The notes beneath the pieces are model-generated. The model made no database searches. It worked only from the letters and a program-made list of their open reading frames with translations, and had not been told where the DNA came from. This document shows positions 41,748 to 51,729 of a stretch of DNA of 64,000 nucleotides, piece by piece (the stretch's first letter is position 1; each line of letters begins with the position of its first letter). Position numbers and translations under genes: made by a program. Source of the DNA: Deltaproteobacteria bacterium (GTDB taxonomy: Bacteria > Desulfobacterota_D > UBA1144 > Nemesobacterales > CSP1-2). The stretch is from positions 448,001 through 512,000 of the forward strand of contig JBQTHB010000005.1 of the NCBI GenBank assembly GCA_052390235.1, in the 5' to 3' direction.

Positions 41748-42563
41748 TTAAGTCGCCGCCCCTCTGAAGAAATATACGATTAAAATCAGAGCGGCAAGGG
41801 CCGTGCGATAGACGAAAAAAACCGTATAGCTCTGCTTCTGAACGAACTTCATGAGATACTTTATAGAGAGTAATCCAAAAATAGCGGATGAAGCTATCCC
41901 GGCTACGAAAGGCGCGCTCGCGATAAGCTCCGCGCTCAAGTGCCTCCCTTGAAACACTATCGCCCCGAGAATAAGCGGCGCGCTAATGAGAAATGAGAAC
42001 CTCGCCGCCTCTTCCCGCCTGAGATTTTTAAGAAGCCCCCCAGTTATCGTAATCCCCGAGCGGGATACGCCGGGAATTATCGCTATAGCCTGAAACACCC
42101 CCATGACGAGGCAATCGCCAATGGTCATCTCCTCCATTGACCTCTTCTTTGCCGAGATTTTATCCGCAATGTACAGCGCGAGACCAAAGATGAAAACCGA
42201 AAACGCAATCGCCGCCGGATGCCTCAGCGCCCCTCCCGCCAGATCCTCTAGGAGATACCCCGAAAGCGCTCCGGGTATGGTTGCGAGAATTATAAAAGCG
42301 CCGATTTTGCCGTCCGGGTTATTTTTAAATCCCCCTTTGGGCAGAGCCTTGAGAAAATTCAATATAATCCTCTTCCAATCGCTCCAAAAATAGTAAAAAA
42401 CGGCAAAAAGCGTGCCGACATGAAGAGCCACGTCAAAGGCAAGCCCCGGGTCCTGCCACGAGAGAAACCATGGAAACAGCGCCAGATGCGCCGTGCTACT
42501 TATCGGAAGAAACTCCGTAATCCCCTGCACTGCCCCCAGAATCACTGATTGCGCTAAGTCCAC
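41748..42563 (-). CDS. uppP: Undecaprenyl-diphosphate phosphatase
   Basis: QGITEFLPISSTAHL, PGVSRSG. Confidence 0.95.
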   Translation of the reverse strand: MDLAQSVILGAVQGITEFLPISSTAHLALFPWFLSWQDPGLAFDVALHVGTLFAVFYYFWSDWKRIILNFLKALPKGGFKNNPDGKIGAFIILATIPGALSGYLLEDLAGGALRHPAAIAFSVFIFGLALYIADKISAKKRSMEEMTIGDCLVMGVFQAIAIIPGVSRSGITITGGLLKNLRREEAARFSFLISAPLILGAIVFQGRHLSAELIASAPFVAGIASSAIFGLLSIKYLMKFVQKQSYTVFFVYRTALAALILIVYFFRGAAT

Positions 42564-42586
42564 CCTGCCGCCCTCCTTTCTAAAAA

Positions 42587-45349
42587 TTATTTCAGTACTG
42601 TCCTCAAAAATTTCCCAGTGTGCGAGCCTTCAATCCCGCAGACCTCTTCGGGCGTTCCGGCGGCGGCAATGAACCCTCCCGCATCTCCCCCCTCCGGTCC
42701 GAGGTCAATTAGATAATCCGCGCACTTTACGACGTCCAAATTATGCTCTATCACAATCACCGTATTCCCCATATTCACTAGCCTCTGAATGACCTCAATT
42801 AATCTGCGCACGTCCTCGAAATGAAGCCCTATCGTAGGCTCATCCAAAATATAGAGCGTTCTGCCCGTTGCCCGTCGCGAGAGTTCTTTCGAGAGTTTTA
42901 CGCGCTGAGCTTCTCCGCCCGAAAGGGTAGTGGCCGCCTGCCCGAGCCTTATGTACTCCAGCCCGACATCGTGAAGAACCTGAAGTTTATTCTTTATTTG
43001 AGGCGCGCTCCCAAAGAACGCAAGCGCCTCGCTTACGGTCATATCTAGCGCGTCGGCTATGGTTTTCCCCTTATACCTGATTTGAAGCGTTTCCCCCCCG
43101 TACCGGCTTCCCCTGCAGGCTTCGCACCTCACATAGACGTCCGGCAGAAAGTGCATCTCAATCTTGACGACGCCGTCCCCTTTGCACTCCGCGCACCTGC
43201 CGCCTTCAACGTTAAAGCTAAACCTCCCGGGCCCAAAACCCTTTGCTTTGGCTTCGGGAATCATCGAGAAAAGCTCGCGGATACCCGTGAACAGCCCCGC
43301 GTATGTCGCAGGATTAGACCTCGGCGTCCTGCCTATCGGCGATTGGTCAATGTTGATTATTTTATCGAGAGCCTCGCCCCCGACGATGCCCCTATGCCTG
43401 CCAGCCCTCTCCTTGCTCCCGTAGAGTGTCCGCGACAGGGCCGCATACAGCGTGTCAATTACAAGTGTGCTTTTCCCAGAGCCTGACACGCCCGTAACGC
43501 AGGAGAAAACCCCTAGGGGAAATGCGGCGTCAATGTTTTTTAAATTGTTCTCCGACGCCCCTTTTACAGTAACGAACCCTTTCGGATGCCTTCTTAGCTC
43601 TGGAGTCGGGATTTGAACCCTCCCCGAAAGGTACTTTCCCGTGAGCGATTTTTCGTTTTGAGCTATTTCCTCGGCGCTCCCTTCGGCTACAACCTCTCCT
43701 CCGCGCTCCCCCGCTCCGGGCCCCATATCAACGATAAAATCCGAGCTTCTCATCGTCTCTTCGTCGTGTTCAACGACGATAACCGTGTTTCCCATGTCTC
43801 TTAGTGCTTTGAGCGTTTCAATCAGGCGCAGGTTGTCCCTCGGATGTAGCCCTATCGTAGGCTCGTCCAGCACATAGGTAATGCCAGTGAGTTTTGACCC
43901 TAGCTGAGTGGCGAGCCTTATGCGCTGCGCCTCCCCGCCAGACAGCGTAGTAGCCCCCCTCTCAAGCGCGAGGTATCCGAGACCCACGTTCAGAAGAAAT
44001 CTAAGCCTCGAGTCTATTTCCTTAATCACCCTCTCGCCAATCAGTAAGTCTCTTCCCGCGAGGCTCAAATCCGTGAAAAATTTAAGACACCCCTCAACGC
44101 TCATTCTCACCACGTCGCGAATTGATTTTTCATCAATCAGCACCGACAGGCTCTCCCGCCTGAGCCTAGCCCCGCCGCAGTCCGGGCAGGGCGTGGAATT
44201 TATATATTTAGAGAGCGATTCCCGTATCATCTCCGACTGCGTTTCTTTAAACCACCTCGACATCGTCCCGATAACCCCTTTGAACCCCCCATCGGGCTTG
44301 TCCCCCCCAGAGCCGTGCAGGAGCATCTCCCTGTGCCGAGCCGGTAATTTCCCTATCGCCTCGCCGAGGCTGAATCCGAGCCTGCGAGATGCCGCTTTGA
44401 CGAGCCGCATGAAGTATTCGGAGCTTTTCCAAGGGATTATCCCGCCCTCTTCAATGGATTTCTCCCAATTAAATATTAGCTCCGGGTCAAAAAATGTCTT
44501 TACGCCTAACCCCTCGCACCCCTCGCACGCCCCGTAAGGGCTGTTAAATGAAAAGAGCCTGGGGGAAATTTCCGGGTAGCTCACCTCGCAGACCGCGCAG
44601 GAGAACCTCTCGCTGAATACTAGCCCCCTGCCGCTTCTCGTCTCTATTTTGACCACCCCGCCGCCTCGCTTCAGCGCGAGTTTCAGGGAATCGCCGATTC
44701 TGCGCCTAAGGTCATCTCCCCGTAGCTGAAGAACGTCAATTAACAACTCTATCGTGTGCTTCTTCTGTTTTTCGAGTCTTATTTCCTCGTCGAGGTCAAA
44801 AATCTCTCCATCAACCCTCACCCTCAGAAATCCCGATTTTGCCAGCTCCTCCAACTCTTTGCGGTACTCCCCTTTTCTCCCCCTAACTATTGGGGCAAAT
44901 ATTGAGACCCTCTCTCCCGCCCCAAGCCCTATCAGCCTGTCCGTCATCGTCTCTAAGCTCTGAGGCGATATCTCCGCTCCGCATTTCGGGCAGTGCGCCT
45001 TCCCAATGCGCGCGAACAGCAGTCTTAGAAAATCGTAGATTTCGGTTATCGTCCCCACGGTCGAGCGCGGATTCCTCTGAAATGTCTTCTGGTCAACCGA
45101 AACCGCGGGCGAGAGCCCCTCTATCGAGTCCACGTCGGGCTTGTCAATTTTCTCGACAAACTGCCTCGCATAAGCCGATAGCGACTCCATATACCTCCTC
45201 TGTCCCTCGGCAAATATCGTGTCAAAGGCAAGCGAAGACTTCCCGGAGCCGCTCACGCCGGTTATAACCACGAGCTTTCCCCTCGGAAGAGCGAGACTTA
45301 TATTTTTGAGATTATGCTCCCTAGCGCCGGTGATATTAATCGAGTCCAA
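42587..45349 (-). CDS. uvrA: Excinuclease ABC subunit A
   Basis: Two GVSGSGKS Walker A motifs, LSGGEAQR twice, zinc fingers. Confidence 0.97.
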   Translation of the reverse strand: MDSINITGAREHNLKNISLALPRGKLVVITGVSGSGKSSLAFDTIFAEGQRRYMESLSAYARQFVEKIDKPDVDSIEGLSPAVSVDQKTFQRNPRSTVGTITEIYDFLRLLFARIGKAHCPKCGAEISPQSLETMTDRLIGLGAGERVSIFAPIVRGRKGEYRKELEELAKSGFLRVRVDGEIFDLDEEIRLEKQKKHTIELLIDVLQLRGDDLRRRIGDSLKLALKRGGGVVKIETRSGRGLVFSERFSCAVCEVSYPEISPRLFSFNSPYGACEGCEGLGVKTFFDPELIFNWEKSIEEGGIIPWKSSEYFMRLVKAASRRLGFSLGEAIGKLPARHREMLLHGSGGDKPDGGFKGVIGTMSRWFKETQSEMIRESLSKYINSTPCPDCGGARLRRESLSVLIDEKSIRDVVRMSVEGCLKFFTDLSLAGRDLLIGERVIKEIDSRLRFLLNVGLGYLALERGATTLSGGEAQRIRLATQLGSKLTGITYVLDEPTIGLHPRDNLRLIETLKALRDMGNTVIVVEHDEETMRSSDFIVDMGPGAGERGGEVVAEGSAEEIAQNEKSLTGKYLSGRVQIPTPELRRHPKGFVTVKGASENNLKNIDAAFPLGVFSCVTGVSGSGKSTLVIDTLYAALSRTLYGSKERAGRHRGIVGGEALDKIINIDQSPIGRTPRSNPATYAGLFTGIRELFSMIPEAKAKGFGPGRFSFNVEGGRCAECKGDGVVKIEMHFLPDVYVRCEACRGSRYGGETLQIRYKGKTIADALDMTVSEALAFFGSAPQIKNKLQVLHDVGLEYIRLGQAATTLSGGEAQRVKLSKELSRRATGRTLYILDEPTIGLHFEDVRRLIEVIQRLVNMGNTVIVIEHNLDVVKCADYLIDLGPEGGDAGGFIAAAGTPEEVCGIEGSHTGKFLRTVLK

Positions 45350-45433
45350 TGTATTTATCCTTCAATCAATCGCAACGCAGATGGAAAAGTTCTGAGTCTG
45401 AAGCCGAGACCCCGTCCCCCTTTTGCGATAGTC

Positions 45434-46123
45434 TTAATCCCCGCGGCATCTGCCAACGAACGCCCTGAATATCCTATCCGACACCCCTCCGCCCTCTCTT
45501 TCAGGATGCCACTGTAGCCCAAGTATAAAATCCGAATCCGCCGACTCTAGGGCTTCGACCACCCCGTCCGCGCTCCTCGCCGTTATTCTTAACCCCCTCC
45601 CGAGCGCGTGTACCGATTGGTGATGGTAGCTCTTAACAGAAAAACCCCTCTCTCCCGTAATCCTATGCAGAAGCGAACCCTCTTCAACCCCCACCTCGTG
45701 AACCGCTCCCATCTCGTGAGCAAGGGGGCTGGGAATAAGCGATGGAATATCCTGATAAAGCGAGCCGCCGAAAAATACGTTGATTGTCTGCATCCCTCCG
45801 CACACGCCGAGTATCGGGATGCGCGCCCTCAGGGCTTCTTCAATTATTATCAGCTCGGACTCAGTCCTCGCCGGGTGCATGGTCCTGAGCTTCGGATGTG
45901 GACTCTCGCCGTAGAGCCTAGGGTCCATATCTCTGCCGCCGGGCAGAAGGATTCCGTCTAGGTTCGCAACAATCCCTTGCAAAAATGACTTATCCGGCAT
46001 TGACGGCACAAGCACGCAAACGCCGCCGACACTGGCAAGCGCCTTTGAATATGGGGCGTCCATGGAGAAACTCTCGTCCTTTATGTCGGTGGTTATGCCG
46101 ATGAGCGCGCTTTTTCGTCGCAT
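45434..46123 (-). CDS. Peptidase C26 / gamma-glutamyl-GABA hydrolase family glutamine amidotransferase
   Basis: LPGG.D, GVCGGMQ, HHQ, QWHPE. Confidence 0.88.
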   Translation of the reverse strand: MRRKSALIGITTDIKDESFSMDAPYSKALASVGGVCVLVPSMPDKSFLQGIVANLDGILLPGGRDMDPRLYGESPHPKLRTMHPARTESELIIIEEALRARIPILGVCGGMQTINVFFGGSLYQDIPSLIPSPLAHEMGAVHEVGVEEGSLLHRITGERGFSVKSYHHQSVHALGRGLRITARSADGVVEALESADSDFILGLQWHPEREGGGVSDRIFRAFVGRCRGD

Positions 46124-46208
46124 GACGGAATTTTAATTGAAAATACGGGGGTGTGATAGGCTAGAGCTTTTGAAATTTATAATTTTAGATTAGTATTACT
46201 AATATATT

Positions 46209-46724
46209 TTGATAAAAAATATCCCCAGTAGAAAAATTCACCTGTTCTTTACCCTCTGCTCCATACTATTCGGCTGGGCGGCTTATTCTTTTTTTGAACA
46301 GTCGGCCCGCTTTCAAAACCCGGTAAGCGATCTGCCCTTGTACCTCTTCCTCCCAATACATTTTGCTGCAACGCTTGTGGTCTATTATCTATCCCTGCGC
46401 GTGGATATTGCGGATAAAACAAACGACTTCTCGAGAGTCGGAGAGTGCGCAGTCATCTTTACCTTCGCCCCGGTGATTTCGCTCATATTCCCCGCGCTCT
46501 CTTTCGCCGGCTTATACCCCGCTTCGATGGCTAGAGTGCATCTGGCGATTATCTTCTACACCGCAGTTTCGTTTGCCGCCATTGCGCTGGCTCAGTACCT
46601 ATCAATTAAAATGCTGCGGAGCGCGAAAAAGAAGCCGGCCAGGAGTCTAACTAGCCTCTTGGCAGTGATTGTACTGCTCGGAGTTTCCTATCTGAGCTTG
46701 GTAATTATAGGGATTCTGCCCTAG
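46209..46724 (+). CDS. Hypothetical membrane protein
   Basis: About five hydrophobic segments; start uncertain. Confidence 0.5.
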   Translation: MIKNIPSRKIHLFFTLCSILFGWAAYSFFEQSARFQNPVSDLPLYLFLPIHFAATLVVYYLSLRVDIADKTNDFSRVGECAVIFTFAPVISLIFPALSFAGLYPASMARVHLAIIFYTAVSFAAIALAQYLSIKMLRSAKKKPARSLTSLLAVIVLLGVSYLSLVIIGILP

Positions 46725-46782
46725 GAACGGATTTCTCAGAGATTGAAAAACCTTGGGATTTGCTTGTGAGGAGTAATTAAAT

Positions 46783-46859
46783 TGGTTGCGGGGGGAGGAT
46801 TTGAACCTCCGACCTTCGGGTTATGAGCCCGACGAGCTGCCAGTCTGCTCCACCCCGCG
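46783..46859 (-). tRNA. Initiator tRNA-fMet(CAT)
   Basis: CGCGGGG...CCCGCAACCA with C1:A72 mismatch; GGG/CCC anticodon stem; CAT anticodon. Confidence 0.95.
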
Positions 46860-46962
46860 TCCGATAGCCATTAAAGATATTTGACTTTATCGCGGATGTC
46901 AAGATTTTTGAGCGGCTTGCGATAATTCCACCCAGCTCCAATGAGGCGCACGTGAAATTCTC

Positions 46963-47083
46963 TTGACAATAAATTTCGATTGTGATGTAATCTGCCCCAG
47001 AGAATATTGGAGAAAAATTTGAAACTATGCGTCTAACCTCGATAAAGGTGGATATTGACAATATTTGAGCTGTGTGTTGTAAT
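46963..47083 (+). promoter_or_regulatory. Two tandem sigma-70-like promoters
   Basis: TTGACA-17 nt-TGTAAT at 46963-46991 and again at 47055-47083. Confidence 0.5.
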
Positions 47084-47260
47084 TCTCCAATGTTTAATTT
47101 ATAATCAGTCGAAAGACGGAAGTTTAGCAATGTCGTCTCCTAACATAAAGTTGAATCCTGATAAGCGAACATTAACACTGAGGCTCAAAAATAATTAAAC
47201 AGGAGGGTATCTATGTTTAAAATTTTAGATTCGAATAAACAAAAAAGGAGGAGATGGTCT

Positions 47261-48391
47261 ATGTCGAAAAGTATTTTGGGCAAGATAAAATATCTTGTTT
47301 TAGCGTTAGCGTTTCTTTCTGTTGCTCCGCTTAGCGATAATTCCTGGGCGGGCGGAATTGGCGGCGGCGGTCTCAACATTCCGGTAGCAGTAGTGGATAC
47401 GGATAATGATGCCGGCGTATTTCAGCTTTATTACTTCTGGGATCTCCGCGGCGGGGAGAGCTTCGTACAGCTCACCAACACGGCTCCCATCAGCCAGGCT
47501 TTCCACATTCAGGTTTTTGATGTCTCCAGAAACTGTCAGGAGTTTGATTTCTTCGATAGATATACCCCGTTTGACACGCATGTATATAATCTTAGAAGCC
47601 TAACCAGCAACGGCGCTCCAGGTATCGGCGTAGGTGAAGCCCCGATTCTAACCGACGGATACGGCTTTGTCGTAGCCACACTGGTTGATTCAACTGGGCC
47701 TGGCGGCGGCAATATCACCATCGGCAACGCCCTTGGAAACTTCAGAATTATCCGCGACGAGGGCTATGAGTACAGAACCAACGCCGCTGGAATTTCAATC
47801 CTATCCATAGTGTTGTCTCTTCAGAATCAGGCGGCCGCAGTGGGACCTGCCGCTCTAGCCGTTCCGTTCGCGGGAGTTGACGGCGCTCAGTTTGTTGACA
47901 TAGTCGGTATTCCGGTTGTTCCGCTCTTTGACGTCAACACCTTTACCGGCTCAGGCACGGTGTCTGCGGCTGGAACGATATTTGCCGCTTTCAGCGCAAA
48001 TATTTTTGACCAGAACGAACAGCCCACTAGCTGTAGCCCGGTGGCGTTTGCCTGCGACCTAACCGATTCAGCCTTGAGAGATACGGTTCTCGATCTCCTT
48101 GGAAGTAACTTTACCTTGGGCTTTGACCTCGGAATCAACCAGCGCTATATCGCGAGCCGACCTGAGGCTAACGACGGCGACAGCATCTGCCTTGGGCAGG
48201 ACACGGCTGGGCAGCTTCGCCTTGAGGCTATAGTTCCCCTAAGCGCGATATTCGTAGGCTTCTACGGCGTGAACAACGGAGACGGCACGGGTAGCATGGA
48301 TTCCATGTTCTCCCTTCCTTTCTTCAACGTCGGATTTGAGGACGTTTTCGGGATACAGCCTATTCTTGAAACCTTCGGCTTACTGCCGTAA
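47261..48391 (+). CDS. Secreted/surface protein of unknown family (alternative start 47213)
   Basis: Signal peptide (..SWA), acidic Gly-rich; shares a motif with the next gene. Confidence 0.7.
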   Translation: MSKSILGKIKYLVLALAFLSVAPLSDNSWAGGIGGGGLNIPVAVVDTDNDAGVFQLYYFWDLRGGESFVQLTNTAPISQAFHIQVFDVSRNCQEFDFFDRYTPFDTHVYNLRSLTSNGAPGIGVGEAPILTDGYGFVVATLVDSTGPGGGNITIGNALGNFRIIRDEGYEYRTNAAGISILSIVLSLQNQAAAVGPAALAVPFAGVDGAQFVDIVGIPVVPLFDVNTFTGSGTVSAAGTIFAAFSANIFDQNEQPTSCSPVAFACDLTDSALRDTVLDLLGSNFTLGFDLGINQRYIASRPEANDGDSICLGQDTAGQLRLEAIVPLSAIFVGFYGVNNGDGTGSMDSMFSLPFFNVGFEDVFGIQPILETFGLLP

Positions 48392-48453
48392 CGAGGAGTT
48401 GAAAAATGTTATCTGAAATAGAAAAAATAAAAATTTACAAAGGAGGAGAAATC

Positions 48454-49926
48454 ATGTTGAAGAGGTTGAAATTAAAATCTATGTCTATAGCTTGTATGAT
48501 GCTCCTTTTCATCGGGTTTAGTCTCGGTGAAGCTATGGCGCAAACACCTCAGCTATGCCCGCAGAGACCCTTCTCTACGGGAATCCTTGTGCTCGATTCT
48601 AACCCCGCGCCGACTGCCAACTTTGCCGCCGCGCTACTTGGAACCGTAGAGCTTAACGGCGGAGACGTTACCGGCGGAATTGACTGGATGTACAGCAGTT
48701 TTCTCGGAATAGCCAATATCGGCGGCTTTGAAACAGTCATCGGGAGCTTGCTCAACACCAATATCAGCGGCTCTCAGATAGTCTCTTGGTTTAGCCAGGT
48801 AGGCGGAAGAAACACAAACATACAGGTATCTAACACCGCCAGAGGGCAGTGCCTTTTTGGCGGCGCTAACTTTTCTGGAGGACCGCTTGAGTGCGGAGAC
48901 GTTAACGACTGCGTTCAGGCGACAGGCGAGAATACCTGCGTTGACATCAGCGGCGACGGAGTGGCTGACACCTGCGAATTTTCGGGTGAAGCCTGCGCAG
49001 TTGACGGCGATTGCACCCCTCAGGCTTGCGGCTCGGCTTTGGTTGCCGTTCACGTAGAGATACTCGGCGAGGACTGCCAGGAGATAATAAACTTCTGCGA
49101 CGCTTTTACCCCGCTTGACACGCACGTTTATGACCTTGGAAATTTGATGAGAAACATTGGCGGCGCGGTTGCAGGAGCGAGCATTATAGACGGCAGAGAG
49201 GGTACTTTTGTTCTTACCCCCGTTGTTTCCTGCCCGGCTAATAACGCCATAGCCTTTAACAACCTCATCGGCAACATGAGAATGATTGACACCGCCCTAG
49301 ACGTTGACTTCGGCACAAACGTTTATACCAGATTAGCCGATTCTATTGCCTGCCCAACCGTTGACACAAACGGGCTTGGCGGAAACATCTTCGACGGAAG
49401 CAATGTGCTTGACGGCTCCTTAGCCTGCCAGCATATAACTTATTTCCCCGACCAACTCGTGAAAGACTTTAATACAGTTGGCGGGCTTGCAGCGGCGGAT
49501 TTTGTACACATTGCCATATCTGACTTTTACGACCCGTTTGACAATGAGTACTCAGTAAATAACGCCCTGCTCCCGACCCCGTTTGTGAGCTATCAGCCGG
49601 CTGTATATGACGCCTCTGAGCAGTTCATAAGCTGCCCCGACGTCAACCTCTGCTTTGCTAGACTCGGCGTGGATGCACCTCTGCCTTCTACGGACGACCT
49701 AGTGCTTCCGACACCGACACCGGCTCCGACACCGGCTCCGACACCGACACCGGCTCCGACGCCGGCTCCGACAGCAACTCCTCCTCCTCCTAGCGGTGGT
49801 GGTGGTGGCGGCTGCGCGATTGCCGCAGAGCCGACCGGCTTTGGAACATCAATGGCAAATATTCTTATCACTCTAATTCCGGCGGCTGTTATCGGTCTTA
49901 GAGCGGTGAGAAGAAGAAGAAAATAA
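48454..49926 (+). CDS. Cys-rich surface protein with Pro/Thr linker and GlyGly-Cys/TM/Arg C-terminal sorting signal (alternative start 48406)
   Basis: Signal peptide (AMA), PTPTPAPTP repeats, SGGGGGGC, TM helix, RRRRK. Confidence 0.75.
   Translation: MLKRLKLKSMSIACMMLLFIGFSLGEAMAQTPQLCPQRPFSTGILVLDSNPAPTANFAAALLGTVELNGGDVTGGIDWMYSSFLGIANIGGFETVIGSLLNTNISGSQIVSWFSQVGGRNTNIQVSNTARGQCLFGGANFSGGPLECGDVNDCVQATGENTCVDISGDGVADTCEFSGEACAVDGDCTPQACGSALVAVHVEILGEDCQEIINFCDAFTPLDTHVYDLGNLMRNIGGAVAGASIIDGREGTFVLTPVVSCPANNAIAFNNLIGNMRMIDTALDVDFGTNVYTRLADSIACPTVDTNGLGGNIFDGSNVLDGSLACQHITYFPDQLVKDFNTVGGLAAADFVHIAISDFYDPFDNEYSVNNALLPTPFVSYQPAVYDASEQFISCPDVNLCFARLGVDAPLPSTDDLVLPTPTPAPTPAPTPTPAPTPAPTATPPPPSGGGGGGCAIAAEPTGFGTSMANILITLIPAAVIGLRAVRRRRK
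49708..49791 (+). repeat. Coding tandem repeat (CCGACA/CCGGCT) encoding the PT/PA linker
   Basis: ccgacaccgacaccggctccgacaccggct... visible directly. Confidence 0.85.
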
Positions 49927-49987
49927 AACCTATTGAGTTTTGCGCGGGGTAATGAGACCCTGCCTGCTTGATACGGATTGAAGTCAG

Positions 49988-50027
49988 AGCCGAGGGAGCT
50001 AACCAGCTTCCTCGGCTTTTTATTTTT
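49988..50027 (+). terminator. Rho-independent terminator
   Basis: AGCCGAGGGAGCT-AACC-AGCTTCCTCGGCT followed by a T tract. Confidence 0.8.
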
Positions 50028-50263
50028 ATCAGCCTGATGTGAGGCGCGCAGGCGGGGCGGGATAAATATCAGCCATTGCCGCAAGTTTGGCGGGAGGCTC
50101 TGATTCTATAACACAATCGGTTTCTATATCCGACTTAGTTCACCGTGAGCTGAGTTATAGCCGCCCGATGAGGTCATTCGGACAGACCTGACACGATAAT
50201 ATAAAACTTAGCTAAAGGGCGAAAAGCCATAGGAGATTTAGGGAGTTGCGAGAAGGGGAGGGG

Positions 50264-50770
50264 TTAATTTTTTGCAACCGATACTACGGCTAGCACAATC
50301 ATCGTTATCCCGATAATGCCTTTGACTAGTGTTCCGCTGAGTTTCCCAAGGAAAGCCCCCCAGCCGGACTGCACAGCTTGGTCGAGTCCTTTTCTCTCTA
50401 TCAGCTCAACAATAAACGCTCCGGCGAATGCGCCGACGAAAGCCCCTATCACAGCGCCGATACCGAAGAAAAGCGGAGCGCCAACTATAGCCCCGGCAAC
50501 CCCGCCTATGATTGAGCCGACAACCGCTTTATTGCTTGATTTGCGTTTTTTTGCTCCGGCAATGCCTAGTGCAAAGTCGAGAACCTCTGAAAGGGCGGCT
50601 AGTATCGCCAGAATTATGACCGTCTCCGTTGTGATTTGGCTAAACTCGCCGTACCAGCCGTATAAAACCGCCGCCGCGAGTATGATGAACGCCCCTGGAA
50701 GCCCGAAAACGAGCGAAATCAGACCGCCCAAAGCCGCGATGAAAAATAGAATAAACGCGAGATAATCCAT
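50264..50770 (-). CDS. DUF456-like membrane protein
   Basis: GLPG N-terminus, Gly-rich TM helices, GAFVGAFAGAFIVE. Confidence 0.7.
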   Translation of the reverse strand: MDYLAFILFFIAALGGLISLVFGLPGAFIILAAAVLYGWYGEFSQITTETVIILAILAALSEVLDFALGIAGAKKRKSSNKAVVGSIIGGVAGAIVGAPLFFGIGAVIGAFVGAFAGAFIVELIERKGLDQAVQSGWGAFLGKLSGTLVKGIIGITMIVLAVVSVAKN

Positions 50771-50787
50771 TTATTAATTAATATAGC

Positions 50788-51708
50788 TTATTGTGCGAGC
50801 GCGCTCTTTCTACTTTTCCAGTACAACACAAACGCCGTAGCCACGAATACGGATGAAAAAGTGCCTACCAAAACCCCTACAATTAATGTGAACGCGAAGT
50901 CGTGTATTACGGGACCTCCTAGGAAAAACAGCGCGAGAAGCACTACGAAAACCGTGAAGACAGTCAAGACTGTTCTTGCTAGGGTTTGATTGACCGAGAG
51001 ATTTATCAGTTCTTTGAATCCTAGCTCTGTGCCTCGCTTTAAATTCTCTCTGATTCTGTCGAAAATAATAATCGTGTCGTTTACCGAATATCCTATTATC
51101 GTCAAGAGCGCCGCCACTAGGGTGAGCGTAAACTCTTTATCCATAAGCGAGATGGCTCCCACGGTGATAAAAACGTCATGAATAATTGCTACGACCGCTC
51201 CGAGGGCGAATTCAAACTCAAATCTAATCATCAGATAGAGCAGGATGCCGACACAGCCGAGGATTAGGGAAATTATCGCCTTCTTTATAAGCTCTGCTCC
51301 TACTTTGGGCCCAATATAATCAATTCTAAGCACGTTTGCTCCGCTGAACTGGGGCGAAGTTTGAATTATCCTGTCAATGCTGCTTTGAAAGTCTTGAATT
51401 TTATCGAAAGCCACGACTTCCGGTGAAAACCTGATGAGATAGTCGTTCTCCTGCGCCAAGCCGAGTTGTTGAACCGAGTCCGCCGAAAAGCCAGAGGAGT
51501 CTAGCACACTCCTCACTTCGTCTGAATCAATATCTTTGGCAAATTTGATATGAACCTCGGTGCCTCCCACGAACTCTACTCCCCAATTCAATCCGCTGTG
51601 GAGAAAGAGCGAGACTACCCCTATTAGGATGAGTCCCCAGGATATGAAAACTGCCTTCTTCATCCTTGAGGTGAAATCAATATTCGTACCCGGTTTAATT
51701 AAATCCAA
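50788..51708 (-). CDS. secF: Protein translocase subunit SecF
   Basis: GVEFVGG, IGPKVG, HD, GYSVNDTIIIFDRIRE. Confidence 0.96.
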   Translation of the reverse strand: MDLIKPGTNIDFTSRMKKAVFISWGLILIGVVSLFLHSGLNWGVEFVGGTEVHIKFAKDIDSDEVRSVLDSSGFSADSVQQLGLAQENDYLIRFSPEVVAFDKIQDFQSSIDRIIQTSPQFSGANVLRIDYIGPKVGAELIKKAIISLILGCVGILLYLMIRFEFEFALGAVVAIIHDVFITVGAISLMDKEFTLTLVAALLTIIGYSVNDTIIIFDRIRENLKRGTELGFKELINLSVNQTLARTVLTVFTVFVVLLALFFLGGPVIHDFAFTLIVGVLVGTFSSVFVATAFVLYWKSRKSALAQ

Positions 51709-51729
51709 CTTTGCAGTCCTCCGATTCTA

